Origin: Opitutales bacterium | Lineage (GTDB): Bacteria; Verrucomicrobiota; Verrucomicrobiia; Opitutales; PNEW01 | Length of the DNA: 32,000 bases | Direction of reading: 5' to 3' | NCBI GenBank assembly: GCA_965219535.1 | Contig: CBDCNV010000001.1 | Location: forward strand, 2,040,001 to 2,072,000 | In this document: in pieces, positions 18,218 through 26,912 of the stretch | How the letters are laid out: each line of letters opens with the position of its first letter | Numbering within the stretch: the first letter of the stretch is position 1 | Program-made: the position numbers and the translations under genes | The notes under the pieces: model-generated | What the model was told of the DNA's origin: nothing | Seen by the model: the letters and a program-made list of their open reading frames with translations, nothing else | The model's database searches: none

Positions 18218-18412
18218 GAGAAGATACCAGGATAGTACGAGTCGGGTAAATGCCAGGGGCCGGGTAAATAGAAGTGCCAATTTGGACACTCCCCTCTTTC
18301 CTTACCTGATTGAAATTATGCCAGTTCTCAACTGGTGCTCAACGCTCTGGCAATTCACCTTTTTTTAATCCACTTGACCCCATAAGCACTTATCCACTTA
18401 CCTACATATCCC

Positions 18413-19216
18413 ATGATTAAAGTGGCATTTCTTGGCGCTGGTAGAATGGCTTCCGCAATAATAAATAGTTTGCTTACGAGTAAACTATACCGCCCCAATG
18501 AACTCATATGTACAAGCGCGGAGGATGGGACAGGTGAATCCCTCTCAGCGCAATCTGGAATTTTGTATACAGATAATCTTGAAACTTTATTTACTGAAGC
18601 TGAGACACTCGTGCTTGCTTTTAAACCTCAGCAATTACGTGATATCAGCTCAGTTCACGCTAGCCTTAGCGCAGGTAAACTTATTATCTCTATACTGGCG
18701 GGTATTACGATTGAAAAACTTGAGAGCAAATTTCCTCAAACTAACAGAATAGTCAGATCCATGCCCAACACACCCGGTCAGATCGGTGCAGGCATCACTT
18801 GTTTTGCTTCGAGAGAGAAAATAAACGATGATGATGTGGCGACCGTAGAAAGAATTCTTGGCGCATTGGGGCCCGCCATACTTGTTTCAGAAGAGTGCAT
18901 GGATGCTGTAACTGCGGTGAGCGGAAGCGGCCCTGCTTATCTATTTGAGTTTGTCGCTGCCCTGCGTGATGGTGGTGTTAAAGCTGGGTTAGATGCGGAT
19001 CTCGCATACAAACTCGCGCTGGAGACTGCTCTTGGAGCTTCACGCCTGCTCGCTCGCACAAATGAATCGCCCGAAATATTGCGCGACCTTGTTAGTTCTC
19101 CTGGGGGAACAACTCTCGCGGGTCTCGAAGTTATGAAAAATAGAAACTTTCGTGAAATCATGGCAGACACTGTGCTCGCCGCCAAGAAACGGTCTATCGA
19201 ACTGGCGAAAGAATAA
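18413..19216 (+). CDS. proC: Pyrroline-5-carboxylate reductase
   Basis: Rossmann motif FLGAGRMASAII, plus RSMPNTPGQIGAG and SPGGTTLAGL. Confidence 0.92.
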   Translation: MIKVAFLGAGRMASAIINSLLTSKLYRPNELICTSAEDGTGESLSAQSGILYTDNLETLFTEAETLVLAFKPQQLRDISSVHASLSAGKLIISILAGITIEKLESKFPQTNRIVRSMPNTPGQIGAGITCFASREKINDDDVATVERILGALGPAILVSEECMDAVTAVSGSGPAYLFEFVAALRDGGVKAGLDADLAYKLALETALGASRLLARTNESPEILRDLVSSPGGTTLAGLEVMKNRNFREIMADTVLAAKKRSIELAKE

Positions 19217-19332
19217 TTTTTAAGTGCTTAGAGTATGCTCATCTGGATTGATTGAGAGACTTATTACCTATCTTCATTTTCCCGCAAAATCTATCTCCCT
19301 AGATAAATTTTTTATAAGCAATTATATCTTTG

Positions 19333-20331
19333 ATGGCTAAATTCGTGAAAGGGAAGATCGTTGTTACAGGTGGAGCGGGATTTATCGGCAGTGCACTCGT
19401 TTGGGCATTAAATGAGCAGGGGATAAATGATATCATTGTCGTGGATTATAAAGACAAAGATGAAAAATTAAAGAATCTTGAACCACTCGCTTATGATGAT
19501 TTCCAGGAAGCAGACTCTTTTATAGATAAAATCCATAGCTCACCCAATTTATTTAAAGAGATTCGAACAATATTTCATCTGGGAGCTTGCTCGAGTACAA
19601 CAGAACGCAATGTCGGTTACCTGATCGATAATAATTATATCTATACTAAACGTCTCGCGCATTGGGCGTTGGATAGAGATATTCGTTTTATCTATGCCTC
19701 ATCCGCGGCTACATATGGTGATGGTTCTCATGGTCTGAGTGACAAATCCACTCAACTTAGTCAACTGCGACCGCTCAACTTATATGGATATTCAAAGCAC
19801 CTGTTTGATATTTACGCCCAACATAAAGGGTTACTGGACAAAATCGTTGGATTAAAATATTTCAATGTTTTTGGTCCGAACGAAAATCACAAGGGTGATA
19901 TGCGTAGTGTCGTCAACAAAGCGTTTCACCAAATAAGTAAATCCCGTAAAGTGAAACTTTTTAAAAGTTATCGCCCGGAATATAAAGACGGCGAACAAAA
20001 ACGCGATTTTCTCTACGTTAAAGATGCGGTAGCTATGACTTTATTTCTCGCTGAAGAAAAAGATAAAGCCGGAATATTTAACATCGGTAGCGGAACTGCA
20101 ATTACCTGGAAAAATCTTGTTTCTCCAATTTTCCAGGCAATGAACTTTGAAGAGGAAATTGAATTTATCGAAATGCCTGAACATTTACGTTCTAAGTATC
20201 AATATTTCACCCAAGCGGATATATCACGTTTACAGGAAAATGGATACAATACCTCGATAACCGAAATCTCCTCGGCAGTTGAAGATTATATAATAAATTA
20301 TCTAATCCCTAATAAACACCTGGGGGAATAA
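19333..20331 (+). CDS. hldD: ADP-L-glycero-D-manno-heptose 6-epimerase
   Basis: Collinear with E. coli HldD/RfaD from memory: VTGGAGFIGSAL, HLGACSSTTE, FIYASSAATYG, LNLYGYSKHLFD, YFNVFGPNENHKG, RDFLYVKD, FTQADISRL. ATG at 19333; the track start at 19330 is TTG. Confidence 0.9.
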   Translation: MAKFVKGKIVVTGGAGFIGSALVWALNEQGINDIIVVDYKDKDEKLKNLEPLAYDDFQEADSFIDKIHSSPNLFKEIRTIFHLGACSSTTERNVGYLIDNNYIYTKRLAHWALDRDIRFIYASSAATYGDGSHGLSDKSTQLSQLRPLNLYGYSKHLFDIYAQHKGLLDKIVGLKYFNVFGPNENHKGDMRSVVNKAFHQISKSRKVKLFKSYRPEYKDGEQKRDFLYVKDAVAMTLFLAEEKDKAGIFNIGSGTAITWKNLVSPIFQAMNFEEEIEFIEMPEHLRSKYQYFTQADISRLQENGYNTSITEISSAVEDYIINYLIPNKHLGE

Positions 20332-20670
20332 TAGCTGAACGAGAAGATCGATAAAATGAGGAATAGCTAAAGATTTTATTTATACGCAGCCCTCTAGCTT
20401 TAATTTACTTAAGACAGAAGCTGCAGCCGCCACCTCGCTGTGGGCCAAGTATTCGCAATCGAGAGAGCTGGCACACACGCATATTCAATTATAATCTATT
20501 TTGCTAGAAACTATTAAGTTTCCTAAACGCAGGTTAGAGATGATTAGATACGCTAGTACGCACAGCCTTAAGGTCATATAACTTATTCTATATCCCTAAT
20601 CAGTTTAGTGCTTACTTACTTTTAAGCTTCTCACCGTGCATTTGATTCATTTTACTTCACGCCAATTAGG

Positions 20671-21474
20671 ATGACATCGACAGAAGTTACTCTCAAAAAA
20701 TCCTCCTTTGGTCAGACCATGCGCCCAGATTCCTGGTGGGTGCAACCATTGCTGATTTTTATTGGCCTATTTACTTTTATTGTTTACGCGACATGGGCTG
20801 CTTTTCAAGGTGAGCATTATAGCTCAGGGCCCTATTTATCCCCGTTTTATTCCCCTGAGCTTTTAGGCGATTCTCCTCACAGCTGGTTTGGCCCTAAACC
20901 GACCTGGTGGCCAGACTGGTTACCGTGGTCACCCGCTTTTCTTATTCTTTGGGCACCCGCCGGGTTTCGTCTTACCTGCTACTATTACCGGGGCGCTTAC
21001 TATAAAGCGTTCTGGGCAGACCCCCCCGCCTGCACGGTCGGAGAACCGCGAAACGCCTACCGAGGTGAAAACTCTTTTCCCCTTATCTTCCAGAATGTTC
21101 ATCGTTATTTTCTCTATCTCGCTCTCTTTTTTATTATCTTCCTTTCGTATGACGTATGGAACGCAATGTGGTTTAGGGATCCCGGGAGTGATGAAGCTTC
21201 ATTTGGAGTTGGTACAGGGACTCTGGTACTTGCAGTAAACGTTTTCCTTCTCGGGGGCTATACTTTAGGTTGTCACTCTTTGCGACATCTAGTCGGTGGA
21301 TTTCTCGATCAGCTATCAAAATCTCCCGTGCGTCAACGGGCATATGGCTGCGTCAGCTGTTTAAATAAAAACCATATGAGGTGGGCATGGTTGAGCTTAA
21401 TTTGGGTTTTATTTTCTGACATATATGTCCGGTTGTGCTCGATGGGAATCTGGACGGATTGGAGGATCTTCTAA
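20671..21474 (+). CDS. sdhC: Succinate dehydrogenase/fumarate reductase membrane anchor subunit (non-classical, single large subunit)
   Basis: 267-aa hydrophobic Trp/Tyr-rich protein directly upstream of the flavoprotein subunit, overlapping it as TAATG. Assigned by position, hydrophobicity and size. Carries Cys/His motifs GCHSLRH and GCVSCLNKNH. Confidence 0.65.
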   Translation: MTSTEVTLKKSSFGQTMRPDSWWVQPLLIFIGLFTFIVYATWAAFQGEHYSSGPYLSPFYSPELLGDSPHSWFGPKPTWWPDWLPWSPAFLILWAPAGFRLTCYYYRGAYYKAFWADPPACTVGEPRNAYRGENSFPLIFQNVHRYFLYLALFFIIFLSYDVWNAMWFRDPGSDEASFGVGTGTLVLAVNVFLLGGYTLGCHSLRHLVGGFLDQLSKSPVRQRAYGCVSCLNKNHMRWAWLSLIWVLFSDIYVRLCSMGIWTDWRIF

Positions 21475-23297
21475 TGGGCGAATACCAGACTTACGAACAC
21501 GATGTCTTAGTTATTGGATCGGGTGGCGCTGGACTCCGCGCGGCGATCGAAGCATCCATCCATGGTGTCTCTGTGGGCTTAGTTTGTAAATCAATGCTCG
21601 GAAAAGCTCACACCGTTATGGCTGAAGGTGGCATTGCCGCGGCCTTGGGAAACGTCGATGACCGTGACAATTGGAAAGTCCATTTCTCCGATACGATGCG
21701 TGGTGGTCAGTATATCAATAATTGGCGCTTGGCAGAGTTACATGCCAAGGAGTCACCCGAACGTGTTCGCGAACTAGAGGCATGGGGTGCGGCTTTTGAC
21801 CGCACAAAGGATGGACGCATCCTGCAAAGGAATTTCGGTGGACATAAATATCCACGCCTCGCTCACGTCGGTGATCGTACCGGCCTCGAAATGATTCGTA
21901 CCCTCCAGGATCACGGAATTCACCAGGGGATGGAAGTCTATATGGAATACACCGTCACACATTTACTTAAAGACGGAGATCGTGTAATCGGCGCAGTTGC
22001 CTATACCCGTGACCGCGGCCGTTTCGTCGTCTTCAAGGCAAAAGCGGTCATCATGGCTAGCGGCGGTGTTGGTAAAGCATACAAAATTACGAGTAACAGT
22101 TGGGATTGTACCGGAGACGGGCACGCGCTTGCTTATCAAGCCGGCGCTCAATTAATGGATATGGAATTTGTTCAATTTCATCCCACAGGAATGGTTTGGC
22201 CACCGAGCGTGAAAGGAATCCTCGTCACTGAAGGCGTACGCGGCGAAGGAGGTATTTTACTTAATAGTGAAGGCCGTCGCTTCATGTTTGATGACATTCC
22301 TGAAAATTATAAATCACAGACCGCCGACAGTCCAGAAGAAGGGTGGCGCTACACCCAGGGGGATAAATCAGCGCGACGACCCCCTGAGCTGCTCACACGC
22401 GACCACACAGCGCGTTGTATTGTGAATGAGATCAAAGAGGGAAGAGGAAGTCCCCATGGTGGCGTGTTCCTTGACATCTCCTGGATTAAAGAAAAGCTAC
22501 CCGACGCTGTTGGGCATATAAAAAGAAAACTGCCCAGCATGTACCATCAATTTAAACAACTGGCTGACATCGACATCACCCAAGAGCAAATGGAAGTGGG
22601 ACCTACTACTCACTATGTGATGGGGGGGATTCGTGTCGATGCTGATACTCAAATGTCTACCCTTCCCGGCCTCTTTGCTTGTGGAGAATGTGCCGCGGGA
22701 ATCAACGGCGCCAACCGACTTGGCGGCAATTCTCTTTCCGATCTATTGGTCCTTGGAAAACGTGCTGGCGAATACGCAGCAAACTTCGCTAATGAAAATG
22801 GCCCAAGTGAAATAAACTCGGATCATGTTGATACCGTGACGAAAGATGCGCTTAAACCATTTGACCGGGCCCATGGCTCAACCGCGACTGAAGGCCCCTA
22901 TCAAATTCAGAATGACCTCCAGGAATTAATGCAGAATCTTGTTGGTATTGTGCGCAATGAAGACGAGATGCGAAAGGCTCTGGTAGGGATCAATGAACTA
23001 TGGGAGCGCTTTAGTAATGTCAGCGTTGAAGGTAATCGTGAGTTCAACCCTGGCTGGCACACAGCTCTCGACCTGTCAAATTTACTCACCGTGTCTGAAG
23101 CGATTACGCTGTCTGCACTCGAACGAAAAGAGAGTCGAGGCGCACATTTCCGGGAAGATTACCCACAAAAAGAAGACGCTTTCGGGAATATCAACATCTT
23201 TATTCAAAAAGACAGTAATGCTAACATGCAGGTGAAATCTGATCCCATTCCCCCAATGCCCGATGAACTTAATAAAATAATTGAGGAAATGAAGTAA
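21474..23297 (+). CDS. sdhA: Succinate dehydrogenase/fumarate reductase flavoprotein subunit
   Basis: FAD motif DVLVIGSGGAGLRAA, covalent-FAD His context KAHTVMAEGGIAA, FVQFHPTG, and ERKESRGAHFRED. The ATG at 21474 overlaps the upstream TAA; the track start at 21435 is a non-ATG extension. Confidence 0.93.
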   Translation: MGEYQTYEHDVLVIGSGGAGLRAAIEASIHGVSVGLVCKSMLGKAHTVMAEGGIAAALGNVDDRDNWKVHFSDTMRGGQYINNWRLAELHAKESPERVRELEAWGAAFDRTKDGRILQRNFGGHKYPRLAHVGDRTGLEMIRTLQDHGIHQGMEVYMEYTVTHLLKDGDRVIGAVAYTRDRGRFVVFKAKAVIMASGGVGKAYKITSNSWDCTGDGHALAYQAGAQLMDMEFVQFHPTGMVWPPSVKGILVTEGVRGEGGILLNSEGRRFMFDDIPENYKSQTADSPEEGWRYTQGDKSARRPPELLTRDHTARCIVNEIKEGRGSPHGGVFLDISWIKEKLPDAVGHIKRKLPSMYHQFKQLADIDITQEQMEVGPTTHYVMGGIRVDADTQMSTLPGLFACGECAAGINGANRLGGNSLSDLLVLGKRAGEYAANFANENGPSEINSDHVDTVTKDALKPFDRAHGSTATEGPYQIQNDLQELMQNLVGIVRNEDEMRKALVGINELWERFSNVSVEGNREFNPGWHTALDLSNLLTVSEAITLSALERKESRGAHFREDYPQKEDAFGNINIFIQKDSNANMQVKSDPIPPMPDELNKIIEEMK

Positions 23298-24040
23298 TGG
23301 CAAAAGCAACATTCAGCATCTGGCGAGGCAATGCATCCGGTGGTCGATTTGTCGATTACGAGACAGAAGTATCAGCGGGCATGGTAGTTCTCGATGCCAT
23401 TCACCAAATTCAGGCTGAAAAAGCTAATGATCTCGCCTGTCGCTGGAACTGCAAGGCAGGTAAATGTGGGTCTTGCTCAGCTGAAGTTAATGGTATGCCA
23501 AAGTTAATGTGCATGACTCGTCTCAACGATCTGCCTCTGGAAAAGCCAGTGACGGTTGAACCCATGAAGTCATTCCCGTTAATTAAAGACCTGACAACGG
23601 ACGTATCATGGAATTATCGGGTGAAGAAAAAGATAAAAAAATTCAAACCTCGCCCCCCCGACGAAGCTGACGGTTCCTGGCGTATTGCCCAAGAAGACAT
23701 TGACCGCGTTCAAGAATTCCGTAAATGTATCGAATGCTTTCTTTGCCAGGACGTTTGCCATGTACTGCGCGAGCATACATTACACGATGAATTTATCGGC
23801 CCTCGAGCTCTTGTCTATGTAGCCGCTTTGGAAATGCATCCCCTCGACACCGAAAACAGAAATGAAGAATTAAAAAAGGCTCACGGAATCGGTTACTGTA
23901 ATATTACTAAATGCTGCACCAATGTCTGCCCTGAAGAAATTACAATCACGGATAATGCAATCATCCCTCTTAAGGAACGTGTCGTAGATGAATTATACGA
24001 TCCAGTCACTCGATTCATAAGATTATTCAGTTCTCAATAA
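23297..24040 (+). CDS. sdhB: Succinate dehydrogenase/fumarate reductase iron-sulfur subunit
   Basis: 2Fe-2S region CRWNCKAGKCGSCSAEVNG...MC, plus CIECFLCQDVC and CNITKCCTNVCPE cluster motifs. The start overlaps the sdhA stop (TAATG). Confidence 0.92.
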   Translation: MAKATFSIWRGNASGGRFVDYETEVSAGMVVLDAIHQIQAEKANDLACRWNCKAGKCGSCSAEVNGMPKLMCMTRLNDLPLEKPVTVEPMKSFPLIKDLTTDVSWNYRVKKKIKKFKPRPPDEADGSWRIAQEDIDRVQEFRKCIECFLCQDVCHVLREHTLHDEFIGPRALVYVAALEMHPLDTENRNEELKKAHGIGYCNITKCCTNVCPEEITITDNAIIPLKERVVDELYDPVTRFIRLFSSQ

Positions 24041-24061
24041 TCCCAAAAAAACGGAAATGTA

Positions 24062-24565
24062 ATGTCGGATTTTGAACTAAAACCATTACATAAAGATTCC
24101 ATTCCCGCCGCACTAGATAAGGTCACGCGTTATCGTCTCCTCAATGAATCGTTTGCAGCTGAAAGTATCTGTCTCGATGTATTAGAAATTGATCCCGATA
24201 ATCAACATGCATGGGTTCTATTACTCTTGGCTATGACTGACCAGTTTCTCGAAGGATATAATGTCAGCAATAAAAAGATCCAGGAAGTTCTAACCCGAAT
24301 AAGCAATGATTACGAACGAACCTATTACTCAGGTATCGCTCGTGAAAAACGTGCAAAAGCACAATTGAATAAAAGCTCGCCTGGCGCAAACTTTGTTGCC
24401 TATGAATTATTTCGTGATGCGATGGAATGCTATGATCGAGCAATCCCCATCCGTCCAGAGGGTAATGATGATGCGGTTCTTCGGTGGAATACCTGTGCCC
24501 GTATCATTATGCGTCACAAGCTTCTGGCCAAAGAGGAAGATAAAACTATAAACCTTTTAGAATAA
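24062..24565 (+). CDS. Hypothetical helical (possibly TPR-like) protein, last gene of the sdh transcription unit
   Basis: 167-aa ORF starting 21 nt after sdhB on the same strand, followed by a hairpin terminator. No motif I recognise. Confidence 0.6.
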   Translation: MSDFELKPLHKDSIPAALDKVTRYRLLNESFAAESICLDVLEIDPDNQHAWVLLLLAMTDQFLEGYNVSNKKIQEVLTRISNDYERTYYSGIAREKRAKAQLNKSSPGANFVAYELFRDAMECYDRAIPIRPEGNDDAVLRWNTCARIIMRHKLLAKEEDKTINLLE

Positions 24566-24608
24566 AGCGCTTGAGAAATTTAATAGCGTGGCGGAAAAAT
24601 GTTTATAC

Positions 24609-24640
24609 TACTCATTCGAGTAAAAATGAATGAGTATTTT
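24609..24640 (+). terminator. Candidate rho-independent terminator after the sdhCAB-ORF167 unit
   Basis: TACTCATTC (24609-24617), a 10-nt loop, GAATGAGTA (24628-24636), then TTTT (24637-24640). The 9-bp stem is perfect but AT-rich. Confidence 0.5.
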
Positions 24641-24769
24641 GGGGACGCATTCTAGAACCATCCACCTTTGTCATTTAGCATATCGACGGGCAATGAAAGA
24701 CTCTTCATGTGTCGTTATCCCTTAATTCTTATTGTTCAACGAACATTGTCAGGGTTTTGATTTTTCCCC

Positions 24770-25048
24770 TTACTTCAATAAAAACGCCTTATACTGTGCA
24801 GGGCGTCGCTGAAACTTTTCATCTGCGGTTTTAATAAATATTTCCATTTGATCATTTATCTCCGCGACATATTTTTTAACTTCTGACTCATTACCTTCAA
24901 CCTCGAGTAATACACGACCGTCAGCAAGATTTTCCACATACCCGCAAACTTCGAATTCCCGTGCAATTTTCATGCATTCGTATCTAAAACCTACACCCTG
25001 TACTTTTCCTGAAAAATAAACACGACAATGAAAAATATCCATATCCAT
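24770..25048 (-). CDS. acyP: Acylphosphatase
   Basis: Signature VYFSGKVQGVGFRY, then GYVENLADGRVLLEVEG. I prefer the ATG at 25048 (92 aa, typical length) over the GTG at 25078 (102 aa). Confidence 0.85.
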   Translation of the reverse strand: MDMDIFHCRVYFSGKVQGVGFRYECMKIAREFEVCGYVENLADGRVLLEVEGNESEVKKYVAEINDQMEIFIKTADEKFQRRPAQYKAFLLK

Positions 25049-25130
25049 TGGTGCAAAGAGAGTTACCTGTTTATTCACAAAATGCTATACAATTTTCACT
25101 TGACGCACTAGACCCTTTTTCATGCCATAA

Positions 25131-25937
25131 ATGCCGAAAAGAGGACAAGTGTTCGCACTTGAACGAGATTACATTTCATACATATTAACCAAGGTTCATA
25201 GAACCGATCCCAGAAGTCTTATGAGCAACTATGATTTCGATAATTACTCGGATGGTGAATGGGAAGATCGCGGGGAAACCGCTTGGAACGAATTCGATTG
25301 GCAGCATTACCTTCAGCAAAATGAACGTGATATCGATAAATTTCGTTCCTTTTATGAAAGAGTTAAAAACGAAGCAAACCCGGTAAATGAAGCTGCATTT
25401 TTAATGGGTTGGGACCATGAGGATTGGTCACATCTCGATCTTGCTTTTGAAGATTTCAACAGTAGCGGCACCGGTGAAATCAGCGAGAGACTCCATGAGG
25501 ATGAGGAATCTGATTATGATGATCTGGATCCTTATACCCTGCATAGACATCCTGTTTTTGTCGTAACGAGAGGCCTCTATCTCGATCTTAAGAAATGTTG
25601 GGAGCTGTTTATGAAACGCTGTCCGCGGGCCATAACTCCCATTATTGCCTGGCAATACGGCAATAGTATCCATCGTGGTGAAATGAATGCTATCCTCTCT
25701 ATTCAGGCAATTGATATGGGAGATTACGCGCTTGCTGTGTGTCACCTCAAAACGGCTTTGAGCGACCTTAATCAGTCAATCAGCATCCTGCAAGCGCTGC
25801 CAAATAAAAATTCGGGCGTCATACCACAATTAAAAAAGGTATCCATGAAACGTCTTTTTGATTTGCGCGAAGTATGGCTCCGCATGATGGGAGATTGCCG
25901 TGATGAATTACAACGTCGTTATCAGGACGGAGAATAG
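25131..25937 (+). CDS. Hypothetical acidic protein
   Basis: 268-aa ORF, Trp/Asp/Glu-rich N-terminal half, helical C-terminal half. It lies 17 nt upstream of the next ORF, so the two are probably co-transcribed. No family recognised. An internal start at Met31 is possible. Confidence 0.6.
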   Translation: MPKRGQVFALERDYISYILTKVHRTDPRSLMSNYDFDNYSDGEWEDRGETAWNEFDWQHYLQQNERDIDKFRSFYERVKNEANPVNEAAFLMGWDHEDWSHLDLAFEDFNSSGTGEISERLHEDEESDYDDLDPYTLHRHPVFVVTRGLYLDLKKCWELFMKRCPRAITPIIAWQYGNSIHRGEMNAILSIQAIDMGDYALAVCHLKTALSDLNQSISILQALPNKNSGVIPQLKKVSMKRLFDLREVWLRMMGDCRDELQRRYQDGE

Positions 25938-25954
25938 AAAGAGCGATAGAACTC

Positions 25955-26761
25955 ATGGTAATCTGGAAAGAGGTAGAACAACTCATTGCGCGCAACGCAG
26001 CACCTCGTCCAGATCTTCGTAAGCAATTGCGACTCGCAATTCAGGGCGATCATCACGCTTACCTTTCTCTCGTCGACCAATACCTCAACCTCGTCGTTGA
26101 GTACATGTATTTGAATGGCGGGGGGTGCACTTCAGAAGTATCTGATAAAGCACAGCGATTGTTTTTCAGGCTTTGGGAACTATTGCCTTACACCTCACGT
26201 TTGTCTGACTTTGAACGTATGCTCACCCTTGCTTTAATTGGAGAAAAAGGCTCACCGTCAATTTCTCATAATGTATTAAAGGGTAAGATAATGAGAATTC
26301 GCCCTTATTTTCGCTTTCTTCTCGTCTCCCATGAAATGGAGAACTGGCATCGACATTGGATCAGTTTAGCATGCAGATTAAAAAGTAAAGATCTGCATGA
26401 TTTGATTCTAAACATGCGCTGTGAAATGTGCGGAATTGATACGTCATTATTGAAGGATGAAGAGCGGCATTGCCTGAATGAGATCTGTCGGGATCTTGAA
26501 TCGCCTTTTAATCTCAAAAAACGTGCCGCTATGTGCACAATGATAAAACAATTCTCTAAGATAAAAGACTTTAAAGCCCGATGGCTCGAAATGAAGTGTG
26601 AATTAGTCGAACTCCGCCAGGAAATCAGATTAACCAATCAAGATAGTGAGAGATTTATCAAAGAGCTTGGTAATAATCTCCATTCTGCAAAAATCCTTCA
26701 ACCCCAATGGGTGGATCGCGTTTTTAACATTATTCATTTTGAGAGTTTCCCAAGTGGTTAA
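25955..26761 (+). CDS. Putative divergent ECF (sigma-70 family)-like protein with a Cys-rich C-terminal extension
   Basis: Residues ~27-95 follow the ECF region-2 pattern (QGDHHAYLSLVDQYLNLVVEYMY...VSDKAQRLFFRLWELLPY...SDFERMLTLALI). Residues ~112-155 follow the region-4 pattern (IMRIRPYFRFLLVSHEMENW...ISLACRLKSKDLHDLILNMR). A further ~110 aa starts with CEMC-x12-HC-x4-C. This is pattern recognition only. Confidence 0.4.
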   Translation: MVIWKEVEQLIARNAAPRPDLRKQLRLAIQGDHHAYLSLVDQYLNLVVEYMYLNGGGCTSEVSDKAQRLFFRLWELLPYTSRLSDFERMLTLALIGEKGSPSISHNVLKGKIMRIRPYFRFLLVSHEMENWHRHWISLACRLKSKDLHDLILNMRCEMCGIDTSLLKDEERHCLNEICRDLESPFNLKKRAAMCTMIKQFSKIKDFKARWLEMKCELVELRQEIRLTNQDSERFIKELGNNLHSAKILQPQWVDRVFNIIHFESFPSG

Positions 26762-26912
26762 ACGGTAAGATGTCCCTTTAATCTTAATCGTCACTGTGCT
26801 GGATCAATAATCACTATTAAACAGGATGGTGAGAACATGGCTCCCGCCTGAATTAAACCTGCTCACTTGAGCTTATAATTATTACTGCTTATTTTACAGT
26901 ATAAGCTAGGGC

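Noticed and set aside
18243-18269. Direct repeat CGGGTAAAT at 18243-18251 and 18261-18269, downstream of the kinase gene
   Set aside because: It is short (9 bp), present only as this one pair, and has no supporting context. It could be chance or a minor slippage product.
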